A stretch of DNA of 64,000 bases from Giardia intestinalis. Lineage: Eukaryota. The stretch is from the NCBI GenBank assembly GCA_000002435.2, contig CM018790.1, one strand, 5' to 3'. A program made the position numbers and the translations under genes. The notes below the pieces were generated by a model that saw only the letters and a program-made list of their open reading frames with translations, was not told where the DNA came from and did no database searches. Position 1 is the stretch's first letter. Each line of letters begins with the position of its first letter. Positions 10,430 to 19,395 of the stretch are shown in pieces.

Positions 10430-11689
10430 ATGTTTGCTAAGCTTATCTTCACAAGCCTCGTTCTGCAGCTGGCAGAGGCGACACGGCCAGCGGTCAAAGA
10501 GCAATCCGGCGCCTGCACCTCTCCAGAGAACGCCGGGTGTGCCGCGTGCAACCCGAATAACGGAGATGAGCTCTGCCTCTCGTGCACAAACGCGCAGGAG
10601 TTCATCCAGCTCAACAAGAAGGGGTGCACGGCCGCCTGCGCCGGGGATGGAGTGATTGGAGACGCTGCTGTCGACCCGAAGGTCTGCAAGTGTGACGGAG
10701 ACAATGGCTACACGCTCCAGGGCGACGCGTGCGTCAAGAGACAGGCCAACGAGTGCCAGACAGAGAACTGCCAGGAATGCACTGGCAAAGGCACAGCCAA
10801 CGAGGTCTGTACAAAGTGTACTTCTACTCATTACTTGACACCAACAAACCAGTGCGTACCTGACTGCACAGTTATCAAGGGCTACTACGGAGATACTAAC
10901 GAAGGGAAGTGTAAGCCATGTAGCCCTGAGTGCGCTGAGTGCGTTGGGCCGGCCAACAATCAGTGCAGTGCCTGTCCTGCTGGCAAGAAACTGACATATA
11001 CAGATGACAGCTATCCTAATAACGGAGGCGCCTGCGGGGATGCGTGCAAAGTGTCTGCAGACGGCGCTGGCTGTGAGACATGCGGGGCTCAGATAGGAGG
11101 AACTGCATACTGCTCAAAGTGCAAGACCTCCACTCAGGCCCCCTTGAACGGCGACTGTGCGGCCAATACGCGAACACAATTTTGCACTACAGTGAGCAAT
11201 GGAGTGTGCACTCAATGCGCTGCTAACTACTTCCTCAAGGACGGCGGCTGCTATCAAACAGATAGACAGCCTGGTAAACAAGTGTGTAGTAGTGCACAGG
11301 GAGGAACATGTACAAAATGTGCCAACGGACTACAGGTACAAAGTGGAGCCTGTGGAAACTGTCATTCTACTTGTGCTACGTGCAGTGCTCCCAGTATTGC
11401 AAGCTCGTGTAAGACCTGTGCCACTGGGTATTACAAGGAAAACGGTGACGATACCACTGATGGGTTATGCAAGAAGTGCTCAGAGAAGATCTCTGGATGC
11501 AAGCAATGTGTGTCATCATCTGGCAGTTCAGTCATATGTTTAGAATCAGAAGTAGGCACTGGTGGAAGCGTCAACAAGAGCGGTCTCTCCACTGGCGCCA
11601 TAGCGGGCATTGCTGTGGCTGCTGTTATTGTCATTGGTGGTCTCGTCGGCTTCCTCTGCTGGTGGTTCCTCTGCCGCGGGAAGGCGTAG
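10430..11689 (+). CDS. Variant-specific surface protein (VSP), solitary copy
   Basis: Signal peptide [17 protein letters not shown], about 10% Cys in CXXC pairs, GGCY motif (KDGGCYQTD), a C-terminal transmembrane helix and the invariant CRGKA* tail ([13 protein letters not shown]). AGTAAAT polyA motif 21 nt after the stop. The ORF-track start at 10328 is GTG. Confidence 0.88.
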   Translation: [419 protein letters not shown]

Positions 11690-11709
11690 ATTTAGCTGTG
11701 TACTTAGGT

Positions 11710-11716
11710 AGTAAAT
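11710..11716 (+). terminator. AGTRAAY-type polyadenylation signal (agtaaat) downstream of the VSP stop
   Basis: Matches the Giardia polyA motif AGTPuAAPy. It lies 21 nt after the TAG at 11687-11689. Confidence 0.4.
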
Positions 11717-12070
11717 GGTTATAGATGGATCCTGTGCTTGGTGGTGGCCTAAGTCTTAACTCCTTAATGTGCAGAGGATCCCACACAGCTATTACGAGGG
11801 CACCCATGTGCTCGACGACTCCTTGCTTTCTAGGTATCCGGGGAGCATCTTCGCTCTGCTCGACGCCAATGGAACTGAGAGCTTCACAATTACGCGCACA
11901 ATAACTGGAGTTCTGAAGTGTTCTATGCCGTATGCGAAGCTACACTCTTCGGTTATTTTTCCCAATGCGGCTTATCATCTCACCTCAATACAGATCTTCC
12001 CAATCAAGTCCCCAGCAAATGTATCAAACGAAGGTCGTAGGTGAATTCACTTATCCCACATACGTAACCC

Positions 12071-13300
12071 CTACTTCTTGTCAGACAGTCTGATGACTCC
12101 AGGAAGCGGGTCGCCCTGAAGAAGCTCGAGAGACGCGCCACCTCCGGTACTAACGTGGGAGATCTTGTTCGTTGCTTTGGCCTTTTTGGCTGCAGTTGCA
12201 GAGTCTCCGCCACCGATAATGGTGATGGCGCCTGCCTCAGTAGCCTTAACCACTGCATCTACCATGGCCATGGTTCCACGGCAGAAGCTGTTCATCTCAA
12301 AGACGCCCGGTGGACCATTCCAGATGACTGTCTTTGAAGACATGATGGCCTTCGCAAAGAGCTCGTTGGAGGCAGGGCCACAATCAAGGCCCATCCAACC
12401 TTCAGGAATACCCTCCTCGCATGTAACAACCTTCGTCTTGGCGTTGTCGTCAAACTCCGAGGCCGCGATGCAATCGACAGGAAGAATCACTTCCACATTG
12501 TGAGCCTTGGCGATGTCCATCAATGTGTCAACAGTCTCTGCACCCTCTTTGTCGTAAAGCGAGTTCGCGATGTTCATCCCCTTGAGCTTCTTGAGGAAGG
12601 TAAACGACATGCCACCGCAGATGATAATCTTGTCGACCTTCGGAAGTAGGTTCTTGATGAGCTTGATTTTGTCTGCTACCTTAGCGCCTCCAAGAATAGC
12701 CAAGTATGGCTTCTTGGGCTCAGAAAGGGCGATACGGAAGTAGTCGATCTCCTTCTGCATCAGGAAGCCAGCGCAACGGATCGAATACCCTTCTCCGACC
12801 ATAGAAGAGTGAGGGCGGTGCGCGGTTCCGAATGCATCATTACAGTAGATGTCAGCGAGCTTCGCGAGAGACGCTCTGAAAGCCTTTACTTCAGAATTGT
12901 CCTCATTCTCGTTGGTCTCCTCCTTATGAAAGCGCAGATTCTCCAAGAGGAAAATGGAACCAGGCGCAGGGTTGGCACAGGCACTCTCAACCTCGGGTCC
13001 ACAGCAATCCTTAAGAAGGGTGACAGGCTTTCCCAGAAGGCTTTCGAGAGCCTTGGCGACTGGAGCCAGAGTGAATGCCGCTTCTGGTCCGGTGCCCTTT
13101 GGGCGGCCAAGATGGGAGGCCAAGACAAGGGACTTACAGCCCTTCTCAAGACAGTGCCTCAAGGTCGGCAAAGAAGCCTCGATTCTCGCCAAATTGGTGA
13201 TGTTACCCTCCTTGTCCTGGGGGACATTGTAATCCGTGCGCACGAAAACACGCTTTCCAGAGAGATCTACGTCGGCAATGGAGAGCTTCGCTAAGGACAT
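12071..13300 (-). CDS. PGK: Phosphoglycerate kinase
   Basis: Full-length PGK. N-terminal VFVRTDYNVP..., the hinge motifs GGGASLELL (C-terminus) and IIGGGDSAT, and conserved ADP- and 3-PG-binding segments. ATG at 13300 with AT-rich upstream. Confidence 0.95.
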   Translation of the reverse strand: MSLAKLSIADVDLSGKRVFVRTDYNVPQDKEGNITNLARIEASLPTLRHCLEKGCKSLVLASHLGRPKGTGPEAAFTLAPVAKALESLLGKPVTLLKDCCGPEVESACANPAPGSIFLLENLRFHKEETNENEDNSEVKAFRASLAKLADIYCNDAFGTAHRPHSSMVGEGYSIRCAGFLMQKEIDYFRIALSEPKKPYLAILGGAKVADKIKLIKNLLPKVDKIIICGGMSFTFLKKLKGMNIANSLYDKEGAETVDTLMDIAKAHNVEVILPVDCIAASEFDDNAKTKVVTCEEGIPEGWMGLDCGPASNELFAKAIMSSKTVIWNGPPGVFEMNSFCRGTMAMVDAVVKATEAGAITIIGGGDSATAAKKAKATNKISHVSTGGGASLELLQGDPLPGVIRLSDKK

Positions 13301-13407
13301 TTTTTGCTAAAATCTAATTGAAAAGTTCGGAGCGTAGGATTAGCCCCAGAGTAAAGTAAAAGGAGATCTGTGATTTACAAGTAGACGTGGATATTGAGTG
13401 ATGTACT

Positions 13408-14703
13408 TCAAAACTCTATGTTGTCGGGGTCCAGTTCCTCGCCACCAATGTCACTGTACTCATATGAATACTCCTCATTGTCCGCATTCTCATTCGACTT
13501 ATGGGATAGCTCATCCAGTCCTCGGTGTTTCTCTCCATTAGAATGTGTCTCTGGTGCACGCGCTTGTTGCATAGGATTGGCGGAGCTGATGACCTGCTCT
13601 TCTTCCTCTTCCTCCTCATAGCTATACGAATAGGATTCATCATCAGGGATCTCTGCATTCGTGTTAATGGGCGCTGCCTTAGAAGGGACGAAGTCCTGCA
13701 CTGGTTTAGGCTGGTGCATATCCATGACATGGGGCATGGGAGTCTCTACAAACTCATCGTCCAGGTGCGACGTCGATGAGCGTGCATCCACGCCCCCGTA
13801 CATGTTATTTAGCTCCTCCTTCAGAGCGTTCTCTTGCAGGGCCCGAAGATTCTTCTCCCGCTCAATTACACGCTGCTGCTCGCGCACATCATTGGCACGT
13901 AGCTGGCCTTCGAGAAACAGAAGAGACCGAAATTTGCGAGCATACTCTAGATGAAGTTTAGACAGGTCTGCCTCCAGAGCCTCCAGCTCTGCAAGGAATG
14001 GGGGCTTTGTGGAACGAATGGCATCAAGTCGATCCATCGTGTGTGTGATGCTCTGCTTCTTCTGGGTTATCTGCTCCTCGAGCTTAGCTTTTTCGCGCTT
14101 GTTGGTCGTCACCTCCTCCTGGAGGGTGTTGCACTCGGCCGCAAGATTCTTTATACGTTGCTGGACGGCAGCAGAGAGAGAGGCTGCGTCTGGCTGACTG
14201 CTCATCGCCTGCTGCATGCGCTGATAAAGATCATCGACGTGGAGGCGTAGCTGCGTAAGAAGCTTGGTGGATGCTTCAACTATCTTCGAGGAGGCCACGC
14301 ACAACGCATTCGAGTGGAGAGTCAAGTCAACACTGGCTGCAGAAGACGTCCCCTTATCTGTGGATGTAGCTGCCGCGCCTATATACGTGGCTACCTCCTG
14401 CACTATTTTTCTGAGTTCTCGCACTGCCTCTGGGCCCGCAGCATAAATCTTCTTGGAGTCCAGCTTGAGGTGCAGTGTGGTCTGGAGCACGTTTACCACA
14501 GTTGTGATAAAATAAACCCTATCCTCCTGAGTAGCGATGTCCATGGCAATAGCATTACTTGGTGCAACTACGGTGGTTATATAGTGGAGAATTTCGGCGA
14601 CAAGAAAGAAATCTGGCTTCCGGAACGTATCAATGGATATGGGCCGTGGAAACCCTATCTGAGTCATTAACAATGTAAAATGCTGAAGTTCGTGGTATGA
14701 CAT
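13408..14703 (-). CDS. CLUAP1: Clusterin-associated protein 1 homologue (CLUAP1 / IFT38 / qilin), an intraflagellar transport complex B component
   Basis: N-terminal FTLLMTQIGFPRPISIDTFRKPDFFLVAEIL and TQEDRVYFITTVV...LHLKLDSKKIYAAGPEAVRELRKI align closely with the conserved CLUAP1 N-terminal domain (my recollection of the human sequence, e.g. [31 protein letters not shown]). A central coiled coil and an acidic Glu/Asp/Tyr-rich tail follow, as in CLUAP1. Confidence 0.7.
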   Translation of the reverse strand: MSYHELQHFTLLMTQIGFPRPISIDTFRKPDFFLVAEILHYITTVVAPSNAIAMDIATQEDRVYFITTVVNVLQTTLHLKLDSKKIYAAGPEAVRELRKIVQEVATYIGAAATSTDKGTSSAASVDLTLHSNALCVASSKIVEASTKLLTQLRLHVDDLYQRMQQAMSSQPDAASLSAAVQQRIKNLAAECNTLQEEVTTNKREKAKLEEQITQKKQSITHTMDRLDAIRSTKPPFLAELEALEADLSKLHLEYARKFRSLLFLEGQLRANDVREQQRVIEREKNLRALQENALKEELNNMYGGVDARSSTSHLDDEFVETPMPHVMDMHQPKPVQDFVPSKAAPINTNAEIPDDESYSYSYEEEEEEEQVISSANPMQQARAPETHSNGEKHRGLDELSHKSNENADNEEYSYEYSDIGGEELDPDNIEF

Positions 14704-14986
14704 TTCGGTGAGAGATTTTTTTGTTAATTGAGGCTGCTATGGCTGCCAAAGCCGTACCAACAAGTTGCTCATCCCACAGAGCTTATCACTTTCTAGATCA
14801 CTTCGTACTTCAGTAACATTTCTGATTGGACTCTCCAACCTGAGATCGTCAACAAAAGATATTAAAGGCATTGATAGATAAATGCAGATAGAGAACAATG
14901 ATGCTATGGCAACTGCTCCAGCGTATAGTTGCAGCTGCCAAGTGACACGACAAGAGACATCAGTTCAACCAGGTGGCTTGGTTTAC

Positions 14987-15805
14987 TTAAGTCAGCTTGG
15001 TCTGCTCTTGAATGTCTGTTGATTGCTCCTTTGTATATACTACAGTACCTGTGTCGGAGATAAAAGCAAAGCGGAGGGTAAACTCCGGATCGTTGATGTG
15101 ATCGTGGCACGCCCAGATAACTTTTGCGGTTGCCAGGATTGCCTCACTCTCACTCATCCCAGTCAACAGCCCCCCTGAGTTGTGCACACGCTTTAGATGA
15201 TTAAATCTATCGTTAGTGTCTTTCTCGGCAGGCCCCATGTGGTTTTCGAGCTCCACCTTAGCTTGAGAGGTATGTCTACCTGCTGCTGTGGCAAAACAAT
15301 TGGTGATATCGCCCGACGGCTGCAACAAGTAAAGTGAGTACTTGGTTTTCAATGTGGTGGGCTCGTCTGCAGACGCAATTGAGTCGTACCCAGCTATCAA
15401 CAGGGAGCAGCCAAAGGGACGCACCTCGCCGTAGTGAGTGTAAAGCTGCATATAGCCGGAGATGCTGTTGGCGAGAACACCCGTTGGCACGATGCGGCTA
15501 TAGTTTTCTCTGTAAGATTCTGCCACCTCTCGGGCCTTGGACACTAAAACCATGCCATCCGGTTGAAGCCCCGCAACCGCTATCACGATGCTATCCTCTA
15601 TTTGGTAGAAGCACGGAGCAGAGTCGATCTCCAGTATGTCGTGAATGTTCTTCTGAACAGCCAGGGCTACCCCCCCTGAGGTTCGAATGCCAACACAGAG
15701 CCCGTGCTGTTCGACGGCTTTCAGTGCATAGTCCACCTGGAAGATCTTCCCATCGGGAGAGTAGGATCCACAGGAAACGTCGTATCCAGAGCCGACAGCA
15801 GTCAT
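14987..15805 (-). CDS. 20S proteasome alpha-type subunit
   Basis: GYDVSCGSYSPDGKIFQVDYALKAV matches the alpha-subunit signature YDxxxxxFSPxGRLxQVEYAxxAV. The start is moved from the upstream in-frame ATG 15865 (track ORF 14987..15865) to ATG 15805 (MTAVGSGYD...). Alpha subunits begin immediately before the YD motif, and 15805 is preceded on the minus strand by aaaacataaattattcATG. Confidence 0.85.
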   Translation of the reverse strand: MTAVGSGYDVSCGSYSPDGKIFQVDYALKAVEQHGLCVGIRTSGGVALAVQKNIHDILEIDSAPCFYQIEDSIVIAVAGLQPDGMVLVSKAREVAESYRENYSRIVPTGVLANSISGYMQLYTHYGEVRPFGCSLLIAGYDSIASADEPTTLKTKYSLYLLQPSGDITNCFATAAGRHTSQAKVELENHMGPAEKDTNDRFNHLKRVHNSGGLLTGMSESEAILATAKVIWACHDHINDPEFTLRFAFISDTGTVVYTKEQSTDIQEQTKLT

Positions 15806-15903
15806 GAATAATTTATGTTTTCGGGCCGGCCTTGTCCCAGGGGATCTATTCGCCGGCTCTATCATACGTAAAGCCAGAGCAGCCGTTTACTAATACAAGG
15901 ACC

Positions 15904-17619
15904 CTACCATATCTTCTGCAGACTCAAGTACCCGCTCACGCAACTTTTGTCGTGATCGCTGGTTACTATCAGCTGCAGCTTGCTGTTCTCGCTCAAGTAA
16001 ATATAGTCCGTCAGGCTCTGGCCCACATAAGTGTTCTGCGCCTGGTTCTTAGGCTTTATGTACATATAGGGGGCAACATCTCCGCTCATGGCACATATAA
16101 TGGGCTCCCCGTTTACGTGCAGCTGCACCGTGGGACGCTGTTTGCCAAATATTACGAAGTCCACCCGGTAGCAGCCTGCTAGACACACTAAGATTGTTGG
16201 TTTTCCGGTGTCCCAAATGAAGTTGCTCTGTAATGTGTTGCATACCTCAGTACTCCACACTATGCCTCCTACACTGGAGTACCGCTTCCCTTTCCATAGC
16301 CACCGCGCAGTGGGCAGCGAAAGCACTGCATCACTGGAATGAATGATGGAGTCCAATGTGTTAAGCTTGGATATCAGTTTCAAGTTACTTTCTTCCATAT
16401 AGTCAGACAACGCTACCAGCTCCTCCTTTAGCTGAGACTGGAACCATAACCGCGTGTCAACAAGGAGCTTCTCAAGGTCTATGAACCGCTCTTCAAACTC
16501 CATCTGTGACTTGGCTCCTTCCTTCACAATGGTCTTCGCAACTGACTTTGCAAGCTTATCCTTGACATGGGCCGTGTTCTCCTTAAGAGTATTATCAAAC
16601 TGTGCGTGATACTGGTTAAATTCGTGCTTAATAAGCCTTGATATTGTTTTGTCTAACTGGGTATCTATACTGGCCTTCACTAAGGCGTCAAATCGGTCCT
16701 GTTTGAAGTTCTGTGACAGGTTCTCAATAGAAGCCAGCCGCTCTTGAAGCTCCTCTACGTGCTGCGTGATGTGCGGGAATTTTGCATAGACTCGGTTCTC
16801 GGTATCTAGAAGCTTGGCATGAAGTGCATTGAGATCATCGGTAATAGCTGCCCGTACATTCGCAAGCTTATCTGCATGGCTATTTAATTTCAGGGTGAAG
16901 TCTCCGCAGTGTTCGGCCACATTATCAATCGAGAGCTCGAGGCTGCGTTTTGTAGTTTGAAGTGCCTCACTTTGAATTTGTAGTGCTGTTTGCAGCTGTT
17001 CAGGTGTCACAGAGGTTGTTGCAATCTCTTTGAGACGATCATTCATAAGGGTAGTGACAATCTCGAACTGTGGATGCTGCGTCCTCAGAGAAGAAACTAT
17101 TGAGTCAAAATTGCTCTGCGACACGTAGTCTGCCAGTCTTTCATCTATGTCTCTACGAAGAGAGGAAGCCAGTGCATCTGCTTGGCGCCGAACTTCGTCG
17201 AACTCTGTGTCTAGCCGACGGGCTATCAAGTCGAGTAGATCCCTCGTTGCAAACTTTGCCGATGCGCCATTGTACTCTTCCACATCCAGCTTTGTGCTGA
17301 GCATATGTATAATGTGTGTAAGCTGGCTTTCGGCCTTGGCCTTGACCATTTCAGAACACTCCGTCTTGATGCTTAAAATCTCTGCCCGAGCTTCGCGAAT
17401 CTTAGCGTCAAGATCATCAAAACGGGGATCGCGCCGCTCAGCGGCTTCGATTGCCCTTTCTGCTGCCCTTTCCTGTTGCGCTAACCGAGTCTTCAGTTCG
17501 TGCAGTTCAGTGGATTGCTTCTCTACAAGCCCATAAAGCTCAATAAAGGCCGACCTTACGACCGGCTGGATATTCTTCCAATCTCCTACGCCGGCTTTGG
17601 CCTCATTCAAGCTGAGCAT
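15904..17619 (-). CDS. Long coiled-coil protein with a C-terminal ~140-aa beta-sandwich domain (C1q/TNF-like or TRAF/MATH-like jelly roll)
   Basis: About 420 aa of heptad-rich, charged helical sequence. The C-terminus WLWKGKRYSSVGGIVW...IWDTGKPTILVCLAGCYRVDFVIF...KLQLIVTSDHD...GYLSLQKIW has the alternating hydrophobic beta-strand pattern of C1q/TNF or MATH domains. No signal peptide. Confidence 0.6.
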   Translation of the reverse strand: MLSLNEAKAGVGDWKNIQPVVRSAFIELYGLVEKQSTELHELKTRLAQQERAAERAIEAAERRDPRFDDLDAKIREARAEILSIKTECSEMVKAKAESQLTHIIHMLSTKLDVEEYNGASAKFATRDLLDLIARRLDTEFDEVRRQADALASSLRRDIDERLADYVSQSNFDSIVSSLRTQHPQFEIVTTLMNDRLKEIATTSVTPEQLQTALQIQSEALQTTKRSLELSIDNVAEHCGDFTLKLNSHADKLANVRAAITDDLNALHAKLLDTENRVYAKFPHITQHVEELQERLASIENLSQNFKQDRFDALVKASIDTQLDKTISRLIKHEFNQYHAQFDNTLKENTAHVKDKLAKSVAKTIVKEGAKSQMEFEERFIDLEKLLVDTRLWFQSQLKEELVALSDYMEESNLKLISKLNTLDSIIHSSDAVLSLPTARWLWKGKRYSSVGGIVWSTEVCNTLQSNFIWDTGKPTILVCLAGCYRVDFVIFGKQRPTVQLHVNGEPIICAMSGDVAPYMYIKPKNQAQNTYVGQSLTDYIYLSENSKLQLIVTSDHDKSCVSGYLSLQKIW

Positions 17620-17691
17620 CTACAATGTGAAAATAAAAAACCCGGGAACGCCGGAAGAAGCCGAGAGAGCCGGAAGCTCAGATTTTAAATC

Positions 17692-19251
17692 ATGGAACGC
17701 CTGAAAGTGTATTACGTTTCAGACAGTCATGCGACACGGGAGCCGTATTATGACACCCCCTTTTCTGAGCGGTCCAACAAGTTAGCCATCACCGTGCCCC
17801 AGGATGATATCGGGGGGCCTGTCTATCTCATGCAGCAGATCTTGACACCAGGTGGCGATCAGGCACACTATATCTATCTTTTTCAGCTGCTCCGCCAGTA
17901 TGCAGCGAGAAGCCAGACAAGTTGTGAGCTTTTGATAAAGCCCCTTGTGCAGATTGTACTTTATTCGCTAGCTCGTTTAGGCTGTCTCGAGATGTTTGGA
18001 AACACCGCATCTTCTGGAGCTCAACCGAGTGCGTTAGATATTCTGGCTCGTGACGACTGTGCTGAGGCACGTGTTCTTTGTCTTTCAATTCTTAAAGATA
18101 TTGCAGCATCCCCATCGTTCATTCAGCAAGGCCTTGGATACGTAAACCATGGAACCTCATGGATTGATATGGGCCCGGTGGCAGAGCAGTTTACAGACTA
18201 TGCATCTTACATTGGAAAGGAAGAAAAAGCATGCTTGCACTTATTAAATAACATATACACCCTTGTAGAGAAGGACAAGCATACGGTGGAGGACTTTTTA
18301 TCCAAGGAGGTGCACGACTACATCAATAGCAACACAGCAAACATCTATGGGATTGCCTCCTACAACAATTACTACGTATATACACCCCAGCAGGGCATGG
18401 ACATACTCATGTCTTTCACGTTAGACCCATGCGTTGATGTTGCCAAGGCCGCTATGTCCCTCTTGAGTTCTCTCCTAGCGCTTCACGGGGACGACTTTCT
18501 GAGGCCTCTTGTAGATTGTAACACATGCAACAAGCTTATCAACGCAATCTTCTACGTCCTAGGAGCGCACACAGAGCGTTCCCGGACAGTGCAGCTAGTT
18601 GCCGACTGGGGCCTTACCTCCAATAACGTTTATCTTATGCAGAGATCATACTTTGAAGGATACTGTGCTATAGTCACTGCAATGGCGCACCACCTCAGTA
18701 CGTTATCCAATGCAACCGAGAGCGGTTTGCTTTCCACCGCCATCGTCATGTGTTACTTTAGCAGCACATTTGAGTCCGCCATTGCTCTATTGGACAGTAT
18801 CTTACTCACAGACTATGGCCTTACTGGTGTGGTCTACAACAAAACCCTCGAATTTCTCCACTTAGACGGCGGGCACTCATTTGCGTATTCGATTCTGCAT
18901 AATGTAACAGGCTTACTGAGCTCTAAAGCGAAAAAGGACGCCATCAGCTTCTCCCTCTCCATGCTGAAACACAAGGAATGCGTGCAGGACTTCAGCCGCG
19001 ATCTACCAGGGCTATTCACCCTCGTGTCCCAGCAGGAGTTTAGCACCATGGAAGCTGCGCGTCTCTTCTCAGCGGCGTCCCAGTATGGGCAAAATCAAAG
19101 ATTGATACGAGAGTTTCTAGACAGCGATGATGAGGTGGCTCACGAAATACTCAATCTAATGAACGTAAGTACATCATCTAGATTGCAGCCTGTGGAGCAA
19201 ATGGGATACAAATTCCAAGAGCTCGATTTGGGATGGACCAGGCCTTCATGA
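17692..19251 (+). CDS. Hypothetical protein (alpha-helical)
   Basis: Clean 519-aa frame, ATG preceded by gattttaaatcATG. No recognised motifs. Confidence 0.6.
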   Translation: MERLKVYYVSDSHATREPYYDTPFSERSNKLAITVPQDDIGGPVYLMQQILTPGGDQAHYIYLFQLLRQYAARSQTSCELLIKPLVQIVLYSLARLGCLEMFGNTASSGAQPSALDILARDDCAEARVLCLSILKDIAASPSFIQQGLGYVNHGTSWIDMGPVAEQFTDYASYIGKEEKACLHLLNNIYTLVEKDKHTVEDFLSKEVHDYINSNTANIYGIASYNNYYVYTPQQGMDILMSFTLDPCVDVAKAAMSLLSSLLALHGDDFLRPLVDCNTCNKLINAIFYVLGAHTERSRTVQLVADWGLTSNNVYLMQRSYFEGYCAIVTAMAHHLSTLSNATESGLLSTAIVMCYFSSTFESAIALLDSILLTDYGLTGVVYNKTLEFLHLDGGHSFAYSILHNVTGLLSSKAKKDAISFSLSMLKHKECVQDFSRDLPGLFTLVSQQEFSTMEAARLFSAASQYGQNQRLIREFLDSDDEVAHEILNLMNVSTSSRLQPVEQMGYKFQELDLGWTRPS

Positions 19252-19395
19252 GCCTTGCAGACTTTGCAATAGACTTTGTGATAGACTTTGATCCCAGTGT
19301 GAAGGGTTGAGAGCATAAGCAGTCTGGGGCATGGTGTTGAGTACATCAATAGGACATCAATAGTACTGATAAGTGAACTGAGGTGGCGATAGCAA

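Noticed and set aside
14987-15865. Proteasome alpha ORF drawn from ATG 15865 with a 20-aa N-terminal extension (MIEPANRSPGTRPARKHKLF)
   Set aside because: Alpha subunits begin just before the YD motif. ATG 15805 has a far better AT-rich initiator, and the extension has no counterpart in the family.
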